From: Leucoraja erinacea
Lineage: Eukaryota
Direction: 5' to 3'
NCBI RefSeq assembly: GCF_028641065.1
Contig: NC_073391.1
Coordinates: 11,160,001 to 11,224,000 of the forward strand
Length of the DNA stretch: 64,000 bases
The translations under genes and the position numbers were made by a program. Below the pieces are notes generated by a model. It worked only from the letters and a program-made list of their open reading frames with translations, had not been told where the DNA came from and searched no databases. Shown piece by piece: positions 37,180-49,064 of this stretch; within the stretch, counting starts at the first letter, position 1, and each line of letters starts with the position of its first letter.

Positions 37180-38150
37180 CGGTTAAAGGTTTGAGACCTA
37201 GAATTCTGCAATTAACGTCAACTAACTCCACAGAATTTCTCATCATCTACAAGGCACAAGTCTGGAGTCTGATGGGACACTTTTCACTTATCTGGATAAA
37301 TGCAGCTCTAACAATGAAAAATCTCAGCAGCATCTAAGATACAGCAGATTGGCATCCCGTACATAACCTAAACAATTGTTCCTCCACCTCTGGTGCACCA
37401 CCATATGGTGCACACCATCTACAAATTGATCTGCAACAGTTTGAGTGTTTCCTTGAACATTACTGCCACTCCCACCTTCTAGAAGGGTAAAGCCCCTGTC
37501 CCACTTTCACAACCTAATTGGCGATCTCTGCCGAGTTTGCCCTTGACTCATACTCGAAGCATGCTCGCCACGAGGTCGTAGGAGGTCTTTGTAACTCTTC
37601 CTCATGCTCGTGAGTGGTTTCCGCGTACTCGTGGCCTCAAGTAGGGCATGGGGTTTTTTTCCAGCCTGATAAAAAATGTTCATGAGTAAAAAAAAGGCTG
37701 GCATGGAAAAAATTGATACTCGTTACTCGTAGGTATGTCGTAGGTAGGTCGTAGTAGATCGTGATGGTAGTCGTAGGTAGTCGCAGAGAGTCGTAGGTCG
37801 GTAACTGGCCCGAGATAAAATTGCAAACATGACATAATTTTATCATGTGATCATTTTTCACTCGTAGCTAGTTGTAGTTGGTGTTAGGTGTGGAAGACTG
37901 AGATCGAGATGTGGTGTTAGGTGTGGAAGACTGAGGGGAGTCATAGGAGGTCGTAGGCATAGTCATAGGAGGTCAACACGACCTTGACATTTTTTTCAAC
38001 TTGTCTAGGGTCGTCTGAACTCGTGGAATAAGTCCTCCAAGTGGGACAGGCCCTTAAGGAGAGCAGAAACATCACCTCCTCACAGAATGTTTCTGTTGGA
38101 ATATATTTAATGATTCCCTTCAACAATACAAGGTCAAAATCCTGACAATT
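37180..38150 (+). mobile_element. Ancient CR1-superfamily LINE remnant interrupted by a MITE
   Basis: ATCTACAAGGCACAAGTC encodes IYKAQV; CACCATCTACAAA; similarity resumes after 38057. Confidence 0.55.
37491..38054. mobile_element. PIF/Harbinger-type MITE (long form)
   Basis: TIRs AGCCCCTGTCCCACTT and AAGTGGGACAGGCCCT; TAA TSD at 37488-37490 and 38055-38057; many GTCGTAG motifs; partly a reverse homologue of 18205-18442. Confidence 0.9.
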
Positions 38151-39604
38151 CATACGTTACCTATATGTGCTTCCCTTCCCCCACAATTACTATAATGGTT
38201 CTAGATGACACTAACACCTTGTCAAGCACAACTGGAAATAAATGCGGGTTTTGCCAACAACATTCATACCCACATAGAAATAAAACAGTAAGGGTACTGT
38301 GTTAGCAGATGTTCCAACTCTTTTAACTAACTGTGCACATTTTTACTGAAAGAATAATACTATTATAACTAAACCACGAATATCTTAAGAATCATGTTTT
38401 AGTTGTAATAATTTAAGGTAATTAAATTTTCACATGATACTTAATAAATCTGCAATATTTAACAAGAAAGGATCACCAATAGAAAGACAACTTGAAGAAT
38501 GCATTAAAAAATTGCAAATAACCAAATTAATTCCGAAGACTGGAACTGATCTGATTAAGAATCACATGCATTGTCCCAAGTTATAGCCCATTGTTTTAAA
38601 GCAACTGAATATTCATATTGTTTATAAAATCAAAGAAATTTACTGCAGACAATTCTTGGCCATTTGGTTCAAAGTAATCATTGCAGACAACAAGAAGGGC
38701 AACGAGGTCTAACACAATAATCTAACTTTAGCCTCATGAGTATTAAAACATTCAGTGCATATTCAAGTCTGATTTAAATATAATAAATGATTTTGTCTCA
38801 GCCATTTCTCTCAGGCAGTGAATTATAATCCTCACCACCCACTGGGTAAAAAAGAAAACATTTTAGTTCTCATCTATATTTTAACTTTTTCTCCCTCTTT
38901 ATTGACCTCTCCATTAAGATCAATAGGTCCTTTATGTCCATTTGGTGTCAGTGCTTCATAAATCTATATAACCCTGCTACTATTTTTGTTGAAATGCATA
39001 AATATTAAGATAGGTGAAGGAATGTGTTACCCAATCAAACATCGTAGCATGGAGGTGTACTCTACTCTACCCAGTGGAGCTTGCTGCATTTTCTAAACAT
39101 TAAATTTAATATTAATATTTGAAAAGGTTTGCAGGGCTAACTGACCTCCCTTTTAAGATTTTTAATACATCTGAATATCAGAGTTTTGTAATTTTTTTTG
39201 CTTGTTAAAATTACTTGCAAATCTAACTGTGGGCAGCATGGTGGCACAGTGATAGCGTTTCTGCATTACAGCGCCAGAGACCAGGGTTCGACCGTGACTA
39301 CGGGTGCTGACTGGAGTTTGAACCTTCTCCCCGTGACCTAGGTAGGTTTTCTGTGGGATCTTTGGTTTCCTCCCACGCTCTAAGACGTACAGGTTTGTAG
39401 GTTAATAGTAAGATTAAACGAGAACTTATCAGTTTGAAGTTTGATCTTTATTTTATGAGGAGTTACGATCCCAACCCTCCTCATAAAAATACAGCTGGTA
39501 GTTCTAGTTCTCGAATCTTACTATCCTCAGTTCATCAACTGTTATCTGTGATTTCACACCGCTGCTTTGAAGATTGACGCGCATGCGGGCTGGTGGATTC
39601 TTGA

Positions 39605-40358
39605 AGATGGTCTGAGCTGAAACGTTTTTGTGCGGTTTCCTGTGACTAATAAATAATGCTAGTTCTAGCCCCCTAAGACCCTTGGTGATCTTAATATATT
39701 GCTGGAGGTGTGTGACCACACATAATCGGGGGTCCAAAGGGCATGCCATAAATTGTAGCTTAAGACCGGAAGTACCTGGTCTGCTCTGTTTGATTGGATC
39801 ATATACAAAAAAGGTTATACCACTGGCAGAAGTGATCATCCTATCCAGACGTAGCTTCTGCAATGACTGGACCCATTGTGCTGATACTAGTGCCACAAGC
39901 ATCACTACTATGTAAGTGAGCCGGAGTAGGGACAGGGATGTAGCTGGAGCACATTGGCCAAGTAGTGTTAGTACCATACCTACATCCCATATTTCCGTAT
40001 ATCTGGGCCTGGGAGGGTTTAGGTTGAATATACCCCTCATGAATCTGGATATTAATGGATGAGACCCAACGGAGTGTTGACCTGAGCTTGGCAACAAGTA
40101 TGATGACAACACACTTCTGGCACAATTCAGACCACTGTAGCTCAATCTCTCGTCAAAATTAAGTTTTGAGAGAAATTCCAAAATGTTGGTTATGTGCGCT
40201 GTCTCATACGTGATATTAGTTTGCAAACAGAACTCTTCCCATTTCTTTATGTAGGAGATGTATTGTTTTGTGGTGCTGTCTCTCTGGGCTGTAGTTAGCA
40301 CATCCACTGTACGGTCAGATAGTCCAATCCCAAGGAAAGGTCTACTTAGAATCTGCAA
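39605..40358 (-). pseudogene. DIRS tyrosine recombinase, C-terminally truncated
   Basis: STTKQY, YSGLNCARSVLS, HPLISRFMRGIFN, IWDV, AQWVQSL (W where the catalytic R is expected), KQSRPG; homology stops at NVSAQTI, so HxxR, W and Y are absent. Confidence 0.9.
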
Positions 40359-40376
40359 ACCAATACGTTTAGCCGA

Positions 40377-41153
40377 TCATGTAGAGGATGTTCTTCCCCA
40401 GTGTTGGGTTAGCAGATTCCTGCATTTGGGAACTGCCATGAAGGGTTCTATGATCATACCCAGAATGAGTGGATACCATGGCTGAGTGGGCCAATCAGGG
40501 ACTATTAGAATGCCCGAGGCAGAGTCTTGCTTAATTTTAAGCAGGCATCGACTGACAAGGCAGAATGATGGGGAAATGCATAGAAAAACATTCATCCCCC
40601 ATGTAGCGAGAACGCATCTATCGCTAGTGCCCCTGGGTCAGGTTCCCATGCAACATAGTTTGGTAATTGATGATTAAGTCTGGATGCAAACAAATCTATA
40701 TCCGGTGTTCCATACCTAGAGATAATATCATTAAACACTCTATGATTCAACATCCATTCTGTGTTGTCATTGAATTTGCGTGACCCGGTGTCTGCCACCG
40801 TATTGAACCTACCTGGCAGGTAGGTAGCTGAAACCCAAATATTCCTTGGAATGCACCAATGCCAAATGAGGTTTGCCAATCTATCACAGGATACTGACTT
40901 GATTCCACCCATGTGATTAATGTATGCCACCGCTGTGGTGTTATCAATCTGTAATCGAATATGCAAACGGTGCATATTCCCACAAAAAGCCCTTAGTCCA
41001 TAGAGGGCAGCCAGTAACTCTAAATAATTGACACCATAGAACTGCAGAAAAGACCGTTCATGCATGTTCCATCTGCCTCCGCAGCTAGAGATGGTGTCAG
41101 TAGCGCCCCATCCCAAAGCACTGGCATCAGTTTGTAAAGTTAGTAAAGGGTTG
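40377..41153 (-). pseudogene. DIRS RNase H plus Dam-like N6-adenine methyltransferase domain
   Basis: TDASALGWGA, NYLELLA, IDNTTAVAYIN (RNase H); IDLFASRLNHQL, IDAFS, FFYAFP after a stop, and LIVPDWPTQPWYP (MT). Confidence 0.9.
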
Positions 41154-42276
41154 TCAACCAAAATGTGTGTTAGAGCTATGCCCAATATTGAACTTCCACC
41201 ATTTTAATTTGGCAATGGCTTCAGCCAGTAAATGCATAGGCCTGTCAAAGTAGCCTAAATGGTGTTTGAGTGCCTGTACCTTTGCTTGTTGTAATTGTTG
41301 GTAATGCAAAGACCCAAATTTTGTGGCTGGGAAAGCTGCCACCAATTTGCCAATTAAACTGGCCATTTATCGAATGAAAGGCTGCTGCTTTGTTATGAGG
41401 TAATTACAGCCTTCTATTCACTCCAATCTTTTGTGACAAGGCAGAGTTACAGACATGTAAACAGAGTTAATAGTGAATCCCAAATAATCCATAACTCGGG
41501 ATGGTGTCAACATGGATTTAACTGAATGGATGAGAAACCCCAATCGCTCTAATAAGAGCTTGGTGGCTGAGACTGCTGAAATAGCCAATTCTGGAGTTTT
41601 GCCTATAATGAGGATATCATCCAAGTATGCCATTACTATGTGTTTTTGAGCTTGTCGCAGCACAAGTATTGGTTTCAATAATTTGATGAATAATCTGGGA
41701 GCGGAAGTTAGTTCATTAGGCAATGCTTTAAACTGCCATAGCTGCCCCATCCAGTTGAATTTGAAGTATTTTCAGTGATCCTTATGAATAGGTACTGAAT
41801 AGTATGCATCTTTGAGATCGATGCATGCCTTGTAACACCCTTTGGAAATTAATTGTTTGGCAGTAACAACATTTTCCATTTTGAAGTGGCTGTACTGCAC
41901 AAAGGTGTTGAGTTGGGTAGGTGTTGAGGATGACTCGGCATCCACCATCTTTCTTTTGTCTAGTCAATATATTGGACACAAATTGGTGAGATTCATGATT
42001 CGGCTTCTCAATTACCCTTTTTGAATATAATAATTGAATTTCAGCTTGTATATCCAAACTTTCTTGTTGTGAATGAACAAAGGTTCGGTTTGGAGTATGC
42101 TGCATGGGTGGAAGTGAATCTGAAAACTCAATTTGGAATCCATCTATACTGTGCAGTATAAACAAATCTGATGTTATCCAATGCCATTCATTCAAAAAGA
42201 AACGTAATCTCCCACCAACATGTGATTAACCCACACACCGCATGTTCCATAGAGAACCAGACCAACCTACCTCCAT
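41154..42276 (-). pseudogene. DIRS reverse transcriptase (frameshifted)
   Basis: WITSDLFIL, FVSNILTRQKKDGGCRVILN, FKALPNELTSAPRLFIK, AYLDDILI, YLGFTINS spread over ORFs 41782-42195, 41418-41750 and 41154-41366. Confidence 0.93.
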
Positions 42277-43414
42277 GGTTGCTGGTGGCCGAGCTTTGTC
42301 CTTGGCCGGTTCTATCTGTCCTTGAGCTGGTACTGGCTCCTGCAGACCATTTGCTGCTAGTAGAGGCATAGGGGTGCTTCCGTCGAAACGATGAATTTCT
42401 ATCTGCTGGTGGAGCTCTAAGTAGCCCCATAGCCTTTGACTCATCGTCCAACCCTTTGACTTGTTTGGACAGGTCTTCCCCAAACAAATAATTCAGCGGC
42501 TGCACATTTGTAGACCTGCATAATCCCGCATATTTGAGATTGAGGACAGGATGAAAGGCGTTTTTCTGAAAGCAATTTATCTGAAAATGTGCATTGCACA
42601 TCAGAGCCAATGCGTCCTGTTGTACCTCCGACAGGGAGCTTGCATCTACTGACCTGGCGAAGGCAGTGACCCCAGAAACTAGCAGGCTCAGGATCCTTTG
42701 GAGTTTAATCTCCTGAGTCTTGATGCCACCACTCATGTAACTCCAAATGGAGCTATTGACAGTCGGGACTCTGAGCGAGGCGCAGTTACTGGGTGTCTGA
42801 TATTTCATTGCCGTTTCCAGCATTACCTGCTCCTGTAGCTGGTGAGAAGTCAGGTAATTGATGCTGGCCGCCAATTCTGCGTCCAGTGGCTCACTGACTT
42901 GCGATGACATCGCAAATTTTGACACCATGGTGGGCACCTCTGCTTCATGTAGGTCTTGTGTCATGGAACATTCCAACATGCCACTAAAATGCGGGTCAGC
43001 CCAGGACTGATGACCTACGCTCCCTTCCTCAGACAGGGAGAAATAACGCAGCCCTGCACCAGGCGCTGCTGCGGGTCCCCGAGGCCCGTGCAGATATGAC
43101 TCGGCCATGGAGTATATCATGCTGGAGCATCTTATCCATAAGATGCTGCATTCAGGAAATACGTCCGTATTTGTGGGGGGCGAACCCTCCCGGCCGGACT
43201 CGTCTGAGTCAACCGGCCAGTTGGATTTCTGTTTGGCCTTCCTGACTTTTGGGGTAGCCAAGGTGCTTTCTGTCGGCACCGGATCCAAAGTTGCTGGCTG
43301 CACACCCAGAGACCGTGATGGTGAAACCGATGGCCGCCCGCTAACCGCATTCTCGCAGTCTTCTGTAGCGGTTCTCCCTGCGGCCCGTCTGGACTTCACC
43401 CTAGTCTTGTCCAT
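42188..43414 (-). pseudogene. DIRS ORF1 (gag-like)
   Basis: ~408 codons open from ATG 43414; PSNCASLRVPTVNSSIW and YLFGEDL motifs typical of DIRS ORF1; likely compensating frameshifts. Confidence 0.8.
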
Positions 43415-44305
43415 AGTTAGTACAATTCTAAAGCTGTAACAAGAAACGAAAAACAACCGCAGACTAAGTTCGATAACTTACCTGGAGGTCTTTAAACTTA
43501 CCGCTGGAGGAGCGACACGCCTACCAGCCAGTCGCGGCGCCATGCGTTAGAGGTAATGATGCGCATGCGGGCTGGCGTGTTCTTCGCGTAGTCACTAACG
43601 TGACTCCAAAGTAAAATTGGCGTGTTATATTTGTAAATTGTCCCTAGTGTGTGTTGGAGAGTGCAAGTATGTGGGGATCTCAGGTCAGCATGGACTCGGT
43701 GGGCCAAAGGGCCTGTTTCCACACTGTATCTCAAAACTAAACTACACTACACTCAATCAAATTATCAAACAACATGCTGCTCAACATTATGTTGCTCAAT
43801 TTATAAAGTAGATACCTGAGCTAGAAAATGGTCATGTAAATCAATTTTAGGTGTGATGTATCTTTCTCAAATATAAAAAAACTGGGACTTGTCTTCAACC
43901 AGTCTGTATTGCCTGAGACAATACAGTCTTTGGTGATGGAGTAGCCAGAGGCATCTTGACATCCTAAACTAATTATCAACTCATCAAGAGCAACACAAAC
44001 TAAATATTCTGATTCAGTGTAAATGAGATGGTGTGAAATTACATTATTTCCATGGTTAAAGGTGGAAGAGGGGTACTTTTGAATAAACTGACAGCAGAAT
44101 AGAAGGTTTCTCAAGTGGGCAACTGGGTAAACAGATATCTCCTCAATTTGTTTGTTACCTAATCTGCCCAGAAGGGGTAATCGATGTTGCCTCAAAAAAA
44201 ATCAGCAGCTGTTAGTTATTCAATAAGCCGAGTGAAAGCACACTGGTAAATCTGAAGAATGCCTTTTCCATAACATCCAGCACAACATTACAGCTACAAG
44301 AATAG

Positions 44306-45680
44306 ATTCAAGATTCAAGAGAGTTTATTGTCATGTGTCTCAGATAGGACAACAAAACTCTTGCTTTGCTTCTGCAAAGCAGAATATAGTAGGCATGAAT
44401 ACAGAACAAATCAGTGTGTCCATATACCAATTATATAAATATATACGTTATATAAATATATACACACATGAATAAATAAAACAGATAAAGTGCAAATAAA
44501 CAGATAATGGGCTATTAATGTTCAGAGTTTTGTTTGAGTTGAGTTTAATAGCCTGATGGGGAAGTAGCTATTGCTGAACCTGGACGTTGCAGTCTTCAGG
44601 CTCCTGTACCTTCTACCTGAAGGTAGCGGGGAGATGAGTGTGTGGCCAGGATGGTGTGGGTTCTTGATGATGATGCCAACCTTTTTGAGGCAGCGACTGC
44701 GATAGATCCCCTCGATGGTAAGGAGGTCAAAGACGATGATGGATTGGGCAGGGTTTACTACTATTTATGGTCTTTTCCGCTCCTGGGTGCTCAGGTTGCC
44801 GAACCAAGCCACAATGCAACCGGTCAGCATGCTCTCTACTGTGCACCTGTAGAAGTTAGAGAGAGTCCTCCTTGACATACCGACTCTCCGTAATCTTCTC
44901 AGGAAGTAGAGGCGCTGATGTGCTTTCTTTATAATTGCATCAGTGTTCTCGGACCAGGAGAGATCTTCAGAGATGTGCACCCTCAGGAATTTGAAGCTCT
45001 TGACCCTTTCCACCATCGACCCGTTGATATAAACAGGATTGTGTGTCCTCATCCTACCTCTTCCAAAGTCCACAATCAGTTCCTTGGTTTTACTGGTGTT
45101 GAGGGCCAGGTTATTGTGCTGGCACCATTTGGTCAGTCGGTCGATCTCTCTTCTATACTCTGACTCATCCCCATCAGTGATACATCCCACAACAGTGGTG
45201 TCGTCAACGAACTTGATGATGGAGATCGCACTATAACCAGCTACGCAGTCATGAGTATAGAGTGAGTACAGCAGGGGGCTGAGCACGCAGCCTTGAAGTG
45301 CTCCAGTGCTGATTGTTATTGAGGCTGACACCTTTCCATCAATTCGAACAGTCTGTGGTCTGTGAATGAGGAAGTCGAGGATCCAAATGCAGAGGGATGC
45401 GCAGAGACCCAGATCTGCGAGTTTGGTAACCAACTTGGAGGGGGTGATTGTATTAAATGCCAAACTGTAATCAATGACTAACAGCCTGACATATGAGTTT
45501 TGTTGTCCAAGTGGTCCAGAGCGGAGTGGAGAGCCAGCGAGATCGCATCCACCGTTGATCTGTTGTGGCGGTAGGCAAACTGCAGTGGATCCAGGTTTTT
45601 GTCGCGGTAGCAGTTGATTTGTGCCATGATCAACGTCTCAAAGCACTTCATCACCACAGGCATAGTGCCACTGGTCAATA
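44306..45680 (-). mobile_element. Relatively young 5'-truncated Rex1/Babar non-LTR retrotransposon
   Basis: ORFs 45478-45717 and 44765-45463 (LDPLQFAYR, QGCVLSPLLYSLYTHDC, IIKFVDDTTVVG, KKAHQRLYFLRRL); (CTTGAAT)n tail at 44306. Confidence 0.93.
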
Positions 45681-45794
45681 GTGTCGACATAGGTTGATAG
45701 AAGTCCCTGCTCAACAAATTGTTTCCTGGTCAGTTGCTGCAGATAATAAACGTGATAAACAACAATGGGCAATTCAAACATAATTGTAAATAGG

Positions 45795-46300
45795 CACAAA
45801 ATGCTGGAGGAATGGATGACGTTTTGGGCCAAGATCCTTCTTCAGACTGAGAGTCAGGGGAGGGGGAGATACAGAGATAAGGAAGTGTAAGGTGTGAGAA
45901 TGAGACATCAAAGGGGGTGAAGCTCAAGGAAAATGTAGATTAGATCACTGTTCTATGTTTTATGTTGAACTCTTATCGTGTGTTGTGTATTTTATTGAAT
46001 GTCTGTATGGTGATCACATTTCACTATTGCCCACTGGCACATGTGACAATCAATGTATCTTGCATCTTGTATCTTGTTCGTTAGGAGAAGGCGACAACAA
46101 AGCAAACAGACATAAAATGTAATCAGGGACGGTCGGGTCGGAGAACTGGGAAGTGGGATGGATGGAGAGAGAGGGAAAGCAAGGCTTACTTGCAGTTAGA
46201 GAAGTCAATATTCATACTTCTGGGGTGTAAGCTGCACAAGCGAAATATGAGGTGCGGTTCCTCCAATTTGCGCTAGGCCTCACTCTGACATTGGAGGAGG
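45795..46300 (-). mobile_element. Penelope 3' region with an inserted Rex-type tail (~45950-46075)
   Basis: Hammerhead-like motif at ~45818-45848; endonuclease C-terminal sequence at 46200-46300. Confidence 0.75.
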
Positions 46301-47562
46301 TCAGTGTGGGGATTTTTTGCAGCTTGCTCATATATGGAGTCTCCACCCCTCCAAAAACATGTGATATGGGGCAACGAGAAAAAATATCAAATACAATCTG
46401 AGGTCAATTTGGAGAAAAGCATCTGAGCAATTCTTCTCCAATCCTGGATTATGAAATAAAAACGAATGCAGGAGAACACAATAACCCCAAGCTGTCTGCA
46501 GTTACAGATAACCTCGGTAAAAGATAACATCCAGCCCCGTCAAAAGGGTGCCTCGCTTTCTATTTAAGTCACTCAACATCTCTTGTGAAGCATTGTTGAC
46601 AAATACAAGCTTCTGACACACAACTAGAAGTGATAACCTCTGAAAGATTTGGAATCCTTCATAAAATAGGACATGTTAGCGGATTTCTATGTATTGTCCC
46701 CATCATAAACTAGTCGCCTCAAGCAATTCGTATTCTTGGCATTTCATTTGTCGCTGGTTCAATTGCTGCAGCTAACAGCAGCACAAGCAATGACATAATA
46801 TAGTGTGGTACCGTCCACCATTCAATATGACAGCAATGTCTCTAAAAAGAGAGGAATTTTAAATCCACTTTAAAAAGAAAAAATGTCCATCGACAGTCAT
46901 CTCACTGCAAGCAAGGCCTGTCGATGAGTCATTTACATTCCTCCATTGGCAGTGTTCATACATGTGGCAGAGCTCACCCAAACATTTTGAATTTTAATTC
47001 AGACATTAACATAACATTTAATTTGCCAGAAGGCTGATGCTGTTTGCTCAACCAAGCTTCCTTTGGCTTGCTCTAGTAATTGTCATAGACTGCAGTCCAA
47101 AGTAACTCGATACTTTCCCATGAGTATTCACGATAAGACCCAGTGCAAACTGCAAGGTTTAGTAAATTTGTCCACATGCTCATTTCTTCTGAGCAGATTA
47201 CTTTATTATTTATCTTTGCTATCCTTCAACCTTCCAGAGGTGAAATGTTTTTTTTTTTGCAATATGACCTATCAGAATCACTTTTCAGCAAGATAAATAT
47301 GTCTATTTAAGATGACCTCTTTTCAATGCCAGTTCTGAACACTGATCAGCTGATCCTTAAAGACTCCCACCTGTCAGATGTGGACTTACTTTTAACAGCT
47401 AACAGATTTTCTCTTCCTAGCTCTTGCCTGATAAAGGCGTAATTTTCCCAACCCCAATTTAGTACTTTCTCCCGAGGTCCAGACTTACCCTTCTTCAGAA
47501 CTACGTTAAAACTAAATTTGGAAATGCTACACTTGTCGCTTTACCTCCCCCCTTGACTCCAT

Positions 47563-48145
47563 TCAAGGACCCAAGCAGTGCGGCCGAGGATAACCTGCAC
47601 CACCTTCAACCTCATCTAATGCATCCACTGCTCTAGGTGTCTGCTGCTCTACATTGGTGAGACCAAACACAGGCTTGGCAATCGCTTCGCCCAACACCTC
47701 CGCTCGGTTCGCAATAACCAACTTGATCTCCTGGTGGCTCAGCACTTCAACTCCCACTCCCATTCCGAATCTGATCTTTCTGTCCTGGGCGTCCTCCATG
47801 GCCAGAGTAAGGCCCACTGTAAATTGGAGGAGCAGCACCTCATATTTCACTTGGGTAGTTTACACCCCAGCGGTATGAACATTGACCTCATATTTCAGGT
47901 AGTCGCTGCTTTTTCTTTCTTTCAACTCTCCTCTCCGACAGCTCACTGTCCCGCCTCTTCCTTTCTTCTCTCTCCCCCCCCCTCACTGCCCACCCCCCCA
48001 CCCCCACATCACTGAAGAAGAGTCTCGACCAGAAACGTCGCCTATTTCCTTCGTTCCATAGATGCTGCCTCACCCGTTGAGTTTCTCCAGCATTTTTGTC
48101 TACCTTTTTGTCTACCTTAGATTCTTCAGCATCTGCAATTAAACA
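47563..48145 (+). mobile_element. Penelope-like element 3' half: GIY-YIG endonuclease plus terminal repeat with hammerhead motif
   Basis: Translates NLI*CIHCSRCLLLYIGETKHRLGNRFAQHLRS, VAQHFNS, KLEEQHLIFHLGSLHPSGMN; CTGAAGAAGAGTCTCGACCAGAAACGTC at 48012. Confidence 0.9.
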
Positions 48146-48267
48146 TTAAACATGTTAAACATCTTAAACATTAAAATTAATTGTGATCACTATCCACAAG
48201 AATCAACTACTGAAATGCCAGCCACCTGGCAAGGTTCATAAAAGGTCTTGTATGGTCCCTCTGGTGG

Positions 48268-48730
48268 TTCATAGAGTGATACAATGTGGAAACAGGCCTT
48301 TCGGCCCAACTTGTCCACACTGGCCAACATGCCCCAGCTGCACTAGTCCCACCTGCCTGCATTTGGCCCATATCCCTCCAAACCTGTCATATCCATGTAT
48401 CTGTCTAACTGTTTCTTAAACGTTGGGATAGTCCCTGCCTCGACCATTTCTTCTGCAGCTCGTTCCATACACCCACCACCTTTTGTGTGAAAATGTTACC
48501 CCTCAGATTCCTGTTAAATCATTCTCCATTTCGCCTTAGACCTATGTCATCCAATCCTCGATTTGCATAATCTTGGCAAAGAGTGTACATCTACCCAATC
48601 TATTCCTCTCACGATTTTATACACCTCTATAAGGTTCTCCTGCGCTCCAAGGAATAGAGACCCAGCCGACTCATCCTCCCCCTATAGCTCGGACCCTGGC
48701 AACATCCTCGTAGATCTCTGTACCCTTTGA
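48268..48730 (-). mobile_element. CR1 3' fragment of the family sharing its tail with the SINEs
   Basis: GGAAACAGGCCTTTCGGCCCA is the reverse of the SINE tail; CR1 ORF2 end follows. Confidence 0.85.
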
Positions 48731-49064
48731 ACTGTCCATGTACTGTTTCAAGAAACCCTCTTGGTTGCACCCAACAAATTCTGCCCCATCAAGGCCTCTT
48801 GCAATAAAGCACCACTGCCTTTAAAAGCCAGGATACAATCCAAAACCTCTTCTGGATTGGATCTTTGGACTTTTTATTTAAGGTATAGCAGTAATAGTTA
48901 CCATTTTCAAAACTGTTGGCTGTTTTATTTCATTATTACTTTTCATTTTTATTTTAATTGAGAAATGCCACCAGTGTTATTTGCAAATAGGTCATTTATC
49001 TAAACATACTCATTGTGCTTGTAATTTACCACTTCAACGTCCTGCTTTCCAATTCTCAGTGCAT

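Larger units (their letters stand above)
39407..43614 (-). mobile_element. DIRS-group tyrosine-recombinase retrotransposon, near full length, defective
   Basis: gag-RT-RNase H-MT-YR order on the minus strand; AAT at both junctions; terminal repeat and hairpin sequences. Confidence 0.95.
39231..43752 (+). mobile_element. V-SINE split by the DIRS insertion (halves 39231-39406 and 43615-43752)
   Basis: Left half ends GTAGGTTAAT and right half begins AATTGGC; joined they give the GTAGGTTAATTGGC seen in intact copies. Confidence 0.92.
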
